A stretch of 62,474 nt of DNA. Origin: Proteromonas lacertae (lineage: Eukaryota). Position numbers and translations under genes: made by a program. The stretch lies in NCBI GenBank assembly GCA_002245135.1, contig NGBS01000903.1:1-62474 (forward strand), in the 5' to 3' direction. Below are positions 1 to 11,102 of this stretch, in pieces (the first letter of the stretch is position 1; every line of letters begins with the position of its first letter). Below the pieces are notes generated by a model, which was not told the DNA's origin, did not search any database, and saw only the letters and a program-made list of their open reading frames with translations.

Positions 1-3000
1 CAATACTTCTTTGCCAGACTTTTTGTTGACAAGCTACTAATCCTAATTCTCTGGCCCATTGCTTCTGTGTTGGTGACAAATCTTCATATAATATTATCTT
101 TCTTTCAGGAAATAAAGGATACTCTGAAAACTTGCCATTTGTATTATCTGGAGGTTCTATATCAACTTCTAAAATATAACCTCTGCTCTCTGGATCCTTC
201 CACAGCTTCTGATCTTCTACCATAAATGATCTTTTTAAATCCTCATAAGGTTTTAATTTTGTTATAACATTATCATAAATTAATTGAGGATTTGGTTCCC
301 ATTGAAAGTCTTTATAGGGTAATTTCATTGATGCCATTGTAGAAGGATATAGAGAATTATAATCTACATACATAATATATGTTTCCTTGTTTTGGTGGAT
401 GAGAAGTATGATCTGAAAAGTATGGAGGATCCATGTAATGATTTTTAGCTTCTGCTTTTCTCGTAGATCCAATCATTGAAATTCCACCAATAAGACCTTT
501 TCTCATAAAGTCATACTTGTCTTGATCTGATATTAGTTCAATATCCACTTTGGATTTTTTAAGGAATATACTCCAGGCTAAACCAGGGACATGATACATG
601 CCAGCATGGATCTAATGTAAACGTTCTAAATACAACATTCCTAAAGTGATCGAATACACTAGATAATGTAAGAACATCAATTGCTAAATAAAACATATTG
701 TAATCCATCAAGTTTTTACATTTCAATAGAGTCCAGAGAGCTTGAGATGATTCATAATCATAATCAGATATACCTTCATTCTGTTTTAATTGAGACTTAA
801 AAATCTTCTTTTCTAGGTAATTTATTAGTAAGGTATAACTTTTGAATACTATCTACGTATTCGTAGGGGAAATGACCTTTCTGTAAACCCCACTTAGCTA
901 TAAAATCATCTACTGTCCAGTTTCTCTCTTTTAAACAATCATTTATCTCTTTTGTTTGTGTTACATATTGATAAACTGGTTTAAAGAGTACTTTATGATT
1001 AGCATGTGCATCAGCTTCGACTTTCAATGACTTTACTAATGAATCTAATGATGCTGGCATAAATTGACAACTATCTATAAAGTGTAACTTCATGAACTTG
1101 ATAAGTAAAAACTTATTATCAGTTTTTAACAATACAGATAGTTTTGAATGATATTTCTTCTTTCTTGGTGTTGGTTGTTGTTGTTGTTGTTGTTCAGTTG
1201 TTGTTGAATTAGGTTGTGAAACAATAATATTTCCCATCTCTTCTTCTAATCCAATATCTTCTGCTGTTCTTGGTGATATGTAATGATCTCTACTATGTAA
1301 CATATAATACAACTCATTAAATGCTTCTTCATTTCCTGGATCATTCTCATCAACTATTTCAATTGCATTTGGTGGTATTTCTGGTAATGGTAAATCAGAA
1401 TCAGTATCTTCTTCTGTTTCTGCATCTTCTTCATCATTATCAACTGTTTTTTGCTTCTTGTTCTTGTTTCTTTTCTTCTTCAATACCTCTATTGTATTCA
1501 GCTAATCTATCAGCAATTGGTTCAGGTTCAGGTTCAGGTTCAGGTATTGGTAATTGTATAATTTCATTATCTTCATCATCATCATCATAATTATCATTTG
1601 GAATAGGAATATTATTATCATTGTACCATTTTGCTTCCATTTCTTTATCCAACTTTGATAATCCACGTATTATAAAGTTATTGTCATAGTTTTTACTGTT
1701 GTGTGCCAAACATGGTATAGGCATATGTTGTAAACTACAATGCCAATTACAGTTTTGAACATAAGGTTGCAATATACTTACCAGTAAAATGGTCATGGGT
1801 GTCTTGTTCGCCTTCTATTTCTGTCGTTTTCATTGAAGGGTGTATTGCACCACATACATTTATCGATATTTTTATGAGCTGGAATATAAGTGCTTTCATC
1901 TAATGGTTTCAATTCACCACTTTTATAATCTTCATACTTCTTCAATACATAATCTTGAATCTCAACAAACTTCTTTACTAATTGCATCTCCAAATCTTGT
2001 GGATCTTGCTGCAATTCCAGTTTTCCGAAGAATGTTTCTTCGCTGATGATTTCAGGGTACCTGGAACTTAAGTGAATGCACCAACTGCTGAGGATATGTT
2101 TTTTAAACGCTCCTTTGGCTCCAGGTATTACTTCAGAAGGATCTATTGGTACTTGTATAACTTCTGTATCCCAGTATAATACTACAGGAATCATTTGTTG
2201 GTATTTGAAATTATGAAACTTGATGAAAGTATCTGGAGGTGGAAATTGACGAATGATTCCTTTTTGTAATTGGCAATTCTCTTTCTGATGTTGAATTATC
2301 ATATCAGCTGTTGATAAAGTACAGAAACAATACTGGCATCTGGTATAATAATTATGACACCTTTTACCAGAAGGTGATAGGAAGGCTTCTAACTTTGTTA
2401 TTACCATATAATGATCTTTGTATATTAACAGGTTCACATGAGGCCAGTGTTTTCTTTTATCTATGTTGGTAACGTATAAAGGTATTGGTTCATTCTGGTC
2501 AATTGTAAATATATTGATAGTAATATGATTCAGCTGTTCAAACTCATCAATTCTGTCACTATCATTAATTGCATCAACTGGAATCTTAAACTGCTTACAT
2601 CCATTAAATCTACATACTGTTTGTATTTCATTGCTCTGTTACGGTGGTCTTTGAACTCTATATAGTGTAAACCAGCTGCCACGCTGAATAAAAAGCACAT
2701 ATTCTTACATTCTTCACTATATCTTACCAAATTAATAACGCACTTTCTATTGTTGAGGCTTGCTGGTAACTTTATGTTGTCATCTTCTGTAGATGATCCA
2801 GCAGCCATTGAACTTTTCATCAGTATCATCTCTACTTTCTTAATATATCTGAACTTTAGTTCAGATCTTTCAGTGTTGAAAATTGAACCTAAATCTCGAA
2901 TCATGGCATTGTTTAACTTTGAACCAATTGTACCTAACTCTTGAGAAGTTATAATTTCTGGCGCTGTTTCGAATGTTTTGTAACAACTTACTTGTGCATT

Positions 3001-3819
3001 GGCTGGTTCATCGGATCCTATATAACCTACTCTGAATCTGAAATAAACTTTTATATAAGAAAATTTCTTCTCATTTATGTAGTTACGTATGGTAACCATA
3101 AAATCACTTGATGCATTGCAGATTTGGGTAAACAAATCCTCAGGTTTCTTTCCATCTTCTTCATTTATAATCTTCTCGTAGGTACGTTCGTAGTCTCTAC
3201 TACTTCTCTCTACAAGTTGTAACAAACTTACTCTTTCAGGATGTGACATTGTTTTCAACTGCTCTGGATGATTATCAACAACATCCAGAGCAATCATTTC
3301 TTCCTGTAGCTGCCTTCTTCTTTCAACATCTGTAGTTGATTGAGGATGTATTTCAGGAATTGGTCCATCATTAATTGGTGAAAGTGTTGGTGGATCTTCA
3401 GGAGGAGGTGTATCTGGCAATAAATCATCTGGGATTTCTGCTAATCGCTGTATTTTTGGAGGTGGAGGAGGTGGTTGATCAATTACAATTGAAGATGTTG
3501 TTCTTCTTCTTGGTGTTATGAAACTAGTTCCATTAGTACTTCTAGTAGTGTTTGATTGTTGTTGTTGTTGTTGTTGTTGCTGCTGCTGCTGAGGTTGTTG
3601 TGGATGTTGATTTAATGATCCTACATAATATGGTGGAGGATAGTAATAGGATGGTGGTGGTGGGATAGCTGGAGTAAAATAAGGGTTCATCCAGGGATTA
3701 AAATAACTTTGTGGCAACATTGGAATCTGATTTGCTTGACTATTGCCTTGAATAGGTATAGAAGTACTTGGAGACTGGTAATACCATGGATTAAACCAAG
3801 GAGGATAGCTGGGATACAT
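1..3819 (-). CDS. polB: Protein-primed family B DNA polymerase (Polinton type) with N-terminal extension; split by about 7 single-base frameshifts, 3' end outside window
   Basis: Joining ORFs 2530-3819, 1793-2437, 1440-1796, 797-1483, 357-599 and the untracked frames gives motifs in the expected order: NMCFLFSV...DHY (OTU-like), CQYC...H...C, ExoI YWDTE, CMWC...HDHFTGKY..LC.NCN (Endo VII-like), ExoII HNSKNYD, FIDSCQFMPASL, KGHFPYEY, ExoIII YLAIDV, PGLAWS, GGISM, Pol motif A YVDYNSLYP (~344-370), GYILEVDI. Frameshifts near 2582, 1797, 1760, 1450, 800, 588, 385. Confidence 0.92.
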
Positions 3820-4014
3820 TAGAACCTATAAAACGAGAAAGATATAAATATACCCAATAAAATAACTCCAAATGTATTAATATGATTTGCTAATTGAAAT
3901 TCCTTGATAATCAAGGAGTTGTAATAATATAGTTAATTTTTTTTCTTTGATTATCAAAGAAATAATTAACTTTACTTTTAATTTATTGTTTTTTTGATTT
4001 TTTACTATATTAAA

Positions 4015-4428
4015 ATGCGTCATTTTGTTTATCAGAGAGATATAACAATGGTTCAAGAAGAAATACCATTTTGGATCAAAGTTTTTAATAGCATTAGAGA
4101 ATTAGCATTAAATGGATATACAGAAGTTCATTTCTTATATTATTTAGAAGAGAGCATAGCTAATCTAGCAAAGTTAAAAGCTATACTAGACAAAGTTAAG
4201 CATTATTATACTAATCAGTATGCAACGAAAAAAAGATTGGAAATTATCACATATTTAGATAATATTAGAAAAGATGGTAATAGATTTAAGAAAGAATTAA
4301 TTGAGAATAATCAATTATTTATTGATAACAAATTAGATTACGCAGTTAATGGATTACTATCTTTATTATGTGATGCTTTAGCAGCTAGAGTGAAAATGGA
4401 TGCAGATATCAAAAAAAGAAGTAAGTAA
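4015..4428 (+). CDS. Hypothetical intronless helical-looking protein (~137 aa), probably element-encoded
   Basis: Open frame with ATG at 4015 (alternative 4048) and TAA at 4426-4428; divergent from pPolB; no recognisable motif. Confidence 0.6.
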   Translation: MRHFVYQRDITMVQEEIPFWIKVFNSIRELALNGYTEVHFLYYLEESIANLAKLKAILDKVKHYYTNQYATKKRLEIITYLDNIRKDGNRFKKELIENNQLFIDNKLDYAVNGLLSLLCDALAARVKMDADIKKRSK

Positions 4429-4550
4429 TTATGAATTTATCTAATTATGATTAAATAATTATATATTTTAAATACTAATACAGAGATTAATTAAAATAAA
4501 AAGAAGACTGTGTGTTTTTAAGGGTTTATTTAAAATAACATAAAAAATCC

Positions 4551-4666
4551 ATAACCGATTCTTCTTACCCTTTCTTTTTTTCACTTCCTTACTTAGGGAA
4601 AGTGAAGTCGATCACTTTTCTCTAGGTAAATAAGTGAAAAAAGAAAGGGAAAGTAAAATCGATTAT
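4551..4666. repeat. Long imperfect inverted repeat (arms about 55 bp)
   Basis: Left arm ataaccgattcttcttaccctttctttttttcacttccttacttagggaaagtga aligns with the reverse complement of the right arm, ataatcgattttactttccctttcttttttcacttatttacctagagaaaagtga; loop near 4606-4611. Confidence 0.9.
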
Positions 4667-4702
4667 GAAATCCGCATTTCAAAAACTAAATGAGTAAAAG
4701 AA

Positions 4703-4734
4703 AAGGGAAAGTGAAAACAAGGGAAAGTGAAAAC
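4703..4734. repeat. Tandem 16-bp direct repeat AAGGGAAAGTGAAAAC x2
   Basis: Exact copies at 4703-4718 and 4719-4734; the core GGGAAAGT(G/A)AA also occurs at ~4596 and ~4647. Confidence 0.9.
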
Positions 4735-4804
4735 GAGTCTTAGGTGGTGTATATGGCCTTCCTAAGGTTTATATCAGTCTCTATAACATAATTGAACAAA
4801 TGTT

Positions 4805-4892
4805 TACAACGGACGGCAGTTACACCGTCAGTTACACGTCAGTTATGTAACTGACATGTAACGGATTCATAACGACCGTTAAAACCGTTGTA
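4805..4892. repeat. Second nested inverted repeat containing CAGTTA(C) direct repeats
   Basis: Inner stem ttacacgtcagtta-tg-taactgacatgtaa (4832-4861); outer arms tacaacgg (4805-4812) and ccgttgta (4885-4892); three cagtta copies. Confidence 0.85.
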
Positions 4893-4953
4893 CAAATGAA
4901 CGGTTATTGAATAAAATGAAAAATAAGAAAAATGAAACGAATATATGAATTTT

Positions 4954-4996
4954 AGCCTCGGGTCCAGCGTCAAGCCTCGTGGTCTAGCGTCAAGCC
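4954..4996. repeat. GC-rich 19-20 bp tandem repeat (2 copies plus partial)
   Basis: agcctcgggtccagcgtca / agcctcgtggtctagcgtca / agcc. Confidence 0.9.
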
Positions 4997-5488
4997 ATTT
5001 TGGGTCTGTAGCCCTTAATATATATTATTATAACGACACTTCTTTTAATCTCTTTATAGTGATCGTACATTTCCTAAAAAATATTGCAAATAAAATACAG
5101 CTAAATATCGAATGATCAACAGAATAAAAACGAAAATAATAATATAACCGAAAATTATTGAATTACATGTAAATTACATAATCGTACAAATGTAATTGTT
5201 CAAATCAAAGCTGTTTATAGCATGAAAAATTTGAATTGTTTGTGTTATTTTATGGTATAAAATTATTAATTTTATTTGGTAGGAATTGCCTGATTATAAA
5301 ATTACAGATGGTCTTCATAAGTATAAATGCAATAATGAAATAAATTAGAATATGCATTGTATAGAAATAATTATTTAATTTTGTCAATGAATATTGTTCG
5401 TGAAATTATTCATGTTTCACTTAAAAACTATAAAAAAAACAACCAAAATAGCAAATAGCAAAATCAATTCCATATAAAAGTATAAAAA

Positions 5489-7768
5489 TTACATATTCAA
5501 TATTTCATTTAATTCATTTTTATATTCATCACTTACACAACTACTTACTTCTTCAAATATAGATTTTATCAATTCAAAATTATCGTTACTAGTCGACAAA
5601 ATATTTTTCTTATAAAGATTAGAAAACATCTTCACAGAATAATTCAAAAATGTTGATTTACTTTTCTTGTTTTTATACTTTTGTATCTTTTGAATTAGTA
5701 TATTAATATCTTCACTTCCAAGAGATATAGATGAATAATTCTTATCACATATTTGATTAATCAATTCACATACTTTTTCACTATAAAAATCTGAACTTGT
5801 TGATATTAAATATATTAATCTTGAAATAACAGTGGGAGTTGTAATAATTGGAATTGATTCTTTATCTTCATTTGCACAATATAAAAATGTAGTGATTATT
5901 GTTTCAAATATTTCAGTTTTACTATTATCACTTTTAAGTAATATTTCTATATAAATATCTAATCCTTTGTTCTTCCTAAATTCAATTTGATTCAATACAT
6001 TCTGATAGCAACAATTTCTCAGTGTTTTCAAATAAGTACATAAATATTTCTTTATATTATAATTCTGTATTATTGTAATAATCATTGGAATAGCACCAGC
6101 TTCACGAAAATCATCTTGATTCTCTTTAATCCTTCTAATTAAATAAGATAAAACGGCACAAGCTCTTGCAGATATATCTTCATTATCATGCGATAAGAAT
6201 TTCAATAGATTTGATATTAATCCAAATTGTCCAAGTAAAGCACATGATTTTTGATCAGAATTTGTTACATTTAATAAACATCCCAAACATCTTAATAATA
6301 TTTTATTAAACCTTTTATCTCGTGATGGACAAGATGACAAATATTTCAATACAACAGGCAAACTATCTTCTTCACGAATAGGATTAACTTCTTCAGTTGT
6401 ATCTGTTGCAATATTCATTAATATTCCTAATAAATACTCAACGAATTTATAATTCTTTGGTTTGATAAAATGAGAAGATAACATTGATGTTTGTGTTGAT
6501 ATATTTAAAAATGATAATATTTTTGTTATTAAAGTTACACCTTTCATTTTTACTAAAACGGATCTATTTTCGCTATTATTGGATATCTTTTCACATATAA
6601 ATGCTGCTGCTTGTTCTTTAATAATATGATTAGGCCATTTTAAGAATGAAATTGATAATTCAAAGTTAGATTTCACTACAAATGAATATATATAAGCATT
6701 AAACCAACTTCTACCGAATTTATCAATAGTATCTGAGGTAGTAATAGATGACTTTAAAAACATTGAAGATTCTGCTGATAATAATGGTGGTACTCTTTTG
6801 TATTCATTATTATTACTACCTGATAGTGTTGAATTAGGTGATTTTAATGGTTTATCTACATATAAACTCCATAATATTTTATCAGCTTCTTCTGATGTAA
6901 GTATTCTATACCATTCATGATTTACGACAGATAATTGGCAGATTGATTTGGGTGGTAAATAAGAAGCAATTTTTATACGAATTGTTGCTTGAAATATATC
7001 GATTGGATTGACAATGTTGTATTTATTATAACAATTTTGACAAACTCTCTGAAGATTCAAGTTGTAATTATTGTTTTTATTAATGCTAATGCTGTTATTA
7101 ATGATATTTGTAGAAGATGATTTTTTATCAATTTTGAGTGTTGATTCTATTGTGTTGTTACTTGAATTCGTATTATATCCAAGTATTTCTAATTTATGTC
7201 TCCATCTTGTACAATCATTGCAGAATACCTCACCACATCCTCTACAATGGTGTTTACGGTTTAATAATGTGAATTCTGCATTACAACTTGAACATTTAGA
7301 GAATAAACTATCTCTTAACCAAAATTGAGAAGGTAAAGGTCGACTAATTCTGAAAGGAAAATGATCAGTAGAGTCAGAATTACGCAATGATGCAGCTTCT
7401 AATGGATAAAGTGTATGACGCTATATAGAATAGAAAAAAAGTCAATCTAAATACTTCTAAAAGGAAATAATCATTCTCAACATAATCCATATCACATAAC
7501 TGCATATGAGAACTACTTTTTGATCCTCTACTCTTCAGATAGCATCTATCACAAATACGGACTGGACTTTCATATCCTAAATTTGGAATTGGAGAGTAAT
7601 TAGAGCAACAATTATTGCAGAATATCTAATTAAATAATATCGAAAGAATACTTCACCACAGTTCCTACAATGGTGTCTTCTTAAAATTAATCCAAACTCT
7701 TTGTGACATATAGAGCATTGATTACATTCATCATCACAAATCCAAATTGGCTGATCTCCATTATTCAT
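5489..7768 (-). CDS. Double-FYVE, F-box and armadillo-repeat protein
   Basis: FYVE1 WICD..CSIC..RRHHCRNCGE|IFCNNC..VRICDRC; FYVE2 WLRD..CSSC..RKHHCRGCGEVFCNDC..RVCQNC; F-box-like IASYLPPKSICQLSVVNHEW; ARM-like helical repeats. Introns 7626-7651 and 7421-7454; one frameshift near 7570. Confidence 0.85.
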
Positions 7769-7842
7769 TTCTTTTTAAAAACACAATTTTCGATTTGTTT
7801 GATCAAGCCAAACTTCAAATCTTTATTTTCTTTTGAAATGTT

Positions 7843-8882
7843 ATGAGAGGGAATGAAAAGGTATTTATTTATGTTGTTATTAATTTTAGATTATAGATAG
7901 TAAAATTGATTTAAATAAACTCATTTTTGGTTGTGTGGGTCATATCTTTGACTTTTCAAAATTACCAAGTAAAATAGTAAATTATTTGTGTGAATGTGTT
8001 TGTTTTATTAATTATTTATCATTAGAAAGTGAATTGTTTATAAAAAATATAGAATTATCAAATGCTGAAATAAATATTAGAACCTATCGAAATGAATTAG
8101 ACTTACATACAAAGATCAGAATTAATTGTTTTCTAGATGTTTTTCTTAATATAACAAGATCAAATATATTTTATGTATTAACTGAAGAAACAACAAAAGA
8201 AAAGCTAAAATTGAATGAAGAAATGTTATTAGAGATAAGTGAAGATCATTTTAAGTACGAATATATAGATAATAAGATATTTGAGTTAAAAGAAATAGAT
8301 TTATATTACAGTGGATATCACATAGCAGATTTGTTTAAGAGTATTTTTTCAGTATAATTTTTCTTAATAATAGGATCAGTTATAAATAAACAAGTGAATA
8401 AATATTACAATGAGAATTCGTTGGAAATTAATATAAATTGGGGTAATATTGGTGATTCAGGTATAGAATATTTAAGTGATTATCTATATTCAATGTCCAA
8501 TTTACATACTATTAATCTATACATAAACAATATCAGTAGTAATGGTTTATTATATTTCTGCAAAGTACTGAAACATTTACATGAAATTAAAACTATCAAT
8601 CTTGGTGGTAATCGTATAACAGACAAAGGTGTTGTTGAATTAAGCAATAATTTGTGTTATATTACAAAACTAGAAGCATTATATTTGATGAGTATAAAAT
8701 TATTCTATTTTTTGTAAATAGAGAATCAGATTGAAGACATGGGTATAATATATATATGCGATTATCTTAGTTTATTAAATAATCTAAAGATATTATCTAT
8801 AAACCACAATTTTGTAAGTAATCGTGGATATAAGTATTTGATTGAAAAGACAGTAAAATTTTCACAACTAACTATTATATAA
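7843..8882 (+). CDS. RI-like (NLRC3/RNI-type) leucine-rich repeat protein
   Basis: ATG 7843; introns 7861-7889, 8341-8373 and 8692-8721 restore the frame; 28-aa repeats such as LHTINLYINNISSNG, IKTINLGGNRITDKG, LKILSINHNFVSNRG; TAA 8880-8882. Confidence 0.8.
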
Positions 8883-9075
8883 GTTTTATAAGTATGTTTT
8901 AACATTTCTTTCAGTTGTTTAACAAGTAATTATGCTGATATTACTAAATTTCAAATACTTCGAGTTTTTTTCCGACATAAAAATAATAAAAACACTAGTT
9001 AAACTACAGATTAACAATAATAAATAAATAAGCAGATGCTCTAAATGAGATTAACCACAGTTACTAAAAAATGAT

Positions 9076-10981
9076 CTATTTCTTATAACAATAAAGTGTT
9101 TCTGGGATAACTAAAGGACTTTTAGGAAAACGCTTAGCATTCTCAACATACCATTCAGCTGCATTTCTTCTTGTAAAGTATGTTTTTTGAAAATATATCA
9201 CACATACATCTTCTTCACTATTCTCTTTCAAATTACCAACTAAATAACTTATGCCTTTCCTTAACTTCTCAGCTTTTCTAACTAAACTATCAAGAATGAA
9301 ATCATCATAATTCTAGATTATTATATATATACAATTAATATATACTCTAACTGTCAGTTTATATCTAGTTCCATCTGAATCTTCATCAAAATGAAACCAA
9401 TTAATAATCTATCAAAAAATAATAAATAAATTAAAAAGATAGATTTATACAAGAACTGGTTTTGAAGGATCTTTTGACTCTTCTATATATTTTATAACTG
9501 AATCTCTCTTTATTAATTCACTAGTTGGAGTTATTGTATGATGTAATTCATTTATAAATCTCTCTTTATTCTTTTCCCACCATTCATAAGCAGTTATTTC
9601 TGTGAATTTTTCTTTACTAAATAGAATTGATAAAGTAGCTTCTTGATTTGGATTATGTGTTAATTTACCACATAACAGCGAAACTCCATTTGTAGAACTA
9701 TATACATCTCTTTTTCTATATAATGTTTCAAATATAAAATCATTCGGATCTCTTATTTTAAACTTTCCTTTATGCTCATCTGAAGTTGAATCAAACTGAA
9801 ATGGTCGATAGATATATGCTAGTTCTGATGGATAATTTTCCAACACTTCTTTATGATCAATTATTTCTTTTTCTATATCTGCTGGAGCAAATACATTATC
9901 AGTTTTTGTTTCTTCTTCTTCTTTCTTCTCTTTATCATCTTCTGTTGGAGTTTTATCATGAACAACCGATTTTCGATGAATAGAACTCCTTCTTCTACTA
10001 ATTGAGTTTCTTTTTCCTGCTATCTATTTTTATTATTAAATAATAAACAATACAGATTTCCTAGGTGGTTTTGATGGTGGTTTGACAGTTATACTAGCTG
10101 TTGAATTTGGTGATATACTACGGTTGTTGTTGCTGTTTGTTTTTTCTTCCCAAGCTGTTATTGGTGACTATAATGATAATAATTATAACTTTAAATGTTT
10201 TTTATACTCTTGGCAAATCCGTTTTTGAAATTGATTTTCTACTAGAGTCAGCTATTATTGGACTATTCACAGTTTTAATGTTAAAAGTCAGATTCTATAA
10301 TGATAAAACAATGCAATTATACTGGAATTATTTTTTTATCATCTTTCTGAGATGCATGTGTAGTTGTTGATGGTTTATTACTCAATACACGACTCGGTAC
10401 GGTTAAAGGCTCATTTGGTATAAGAGTGGATGGTTTTCTCTATGAAAAAAGAAAATGAATAAATAAAATAATACAAAAATACTTCCTCTTGATATACTCC
10501 TTCTACTACCATTTGATGAAGACCTTGGCTATAATAATAATTAATAAAATGACTATTTAAATACAGTACTTACACGAGATGCGCTCTTTAAGAATGAAAA
10601 GCCTGTTTTCTTTTGTGCTTTTTCAGTTATTTCTAATGGATATTTTCCATATTTTCTTTTATATCTATTATGAACTTCTTCAAAATCTATTGGACAATCA
10701 GCTATTTCTCCTAATTCAAGTTCTATAATGATTATATTTCTATATTATTACCTATGTGACACAAACTAAGCAACATCTTCTCATGGTCTTTATAGCCTCT
10801 TGTTATTTGATCACTTATGATCTATATAAATAATTTATAATAATTTTATATTTACATTTATCGAATCTGGCTTATATGGCCTTCCAGATACATATTTCTT
10901 AATCTGTTTTATTTTTTTATCCCACAATAATTCAAGTTCTGATTTTTCATTATCATTATCATTATTGTCTTTTCTATTCAT
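9076..10981 (-). CDS. Multi-exon hypothetical protein with a duplicated ~80-aa C-terminal domain
   Basis: ATG at 10981; several short GT-AG introns (e.g. 9409-9450, 9313-9345); two similar units FD..SD..(F/Y)K..R..DFI..L.RK...G(V/I)S.L.G.L....F.K..FT...A.EW..N..RF; TAG at 9076-9078. Upstream exon structure not fully traced. Confidence 0.7.
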
Positions 10982-11102
10982 CTGAAAAAGAATTAAAAGA
11001 AATAAAGAAACAGCTATTTTTATTTTTTTTAGCTTTCGGTGTATAGAAAATATTTCGTAAACCTATTTTAAAACTGTTTTATATTTATTTAATTATTGAG
11101 TG

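Larger units (their letters stand above)
1..5030. mobile_element. One end of a Polinton/Maverick-like (endogenous Preplasmiviricota-like) element, truncated by the left window edge; right boundary approximate
   Basis: Intronless region, visibly more GC-rich than the host genes, encoding a Polinton-type pPolB. It is followed by an orphan ORF and a ~500 bp non-coding block of hairpins and direct repeats before intron-rich host sequence starts. Integrase, capsid genes, second terminus and target-site duplication are not visible. Confidence 0.75.

Noticed and set aside
4596..4734. GGGAAAGTGAAA similarity to animal IRF/ISRE sites
   Set aside because: IRFs are animal-specific; no reason to expect them in this organism.
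4703..4996. CRISPR-like array
   Set aside because: Only 2-3 adjacent copies per repeat, no unique spacers, no cas genes, eukaryotic context.
5017..5045. ATAATATA on the minus strand resembling the adenovirus origin core
   Set aside because: A pure A/T octamer is expected by chance here and the element end is not defined.
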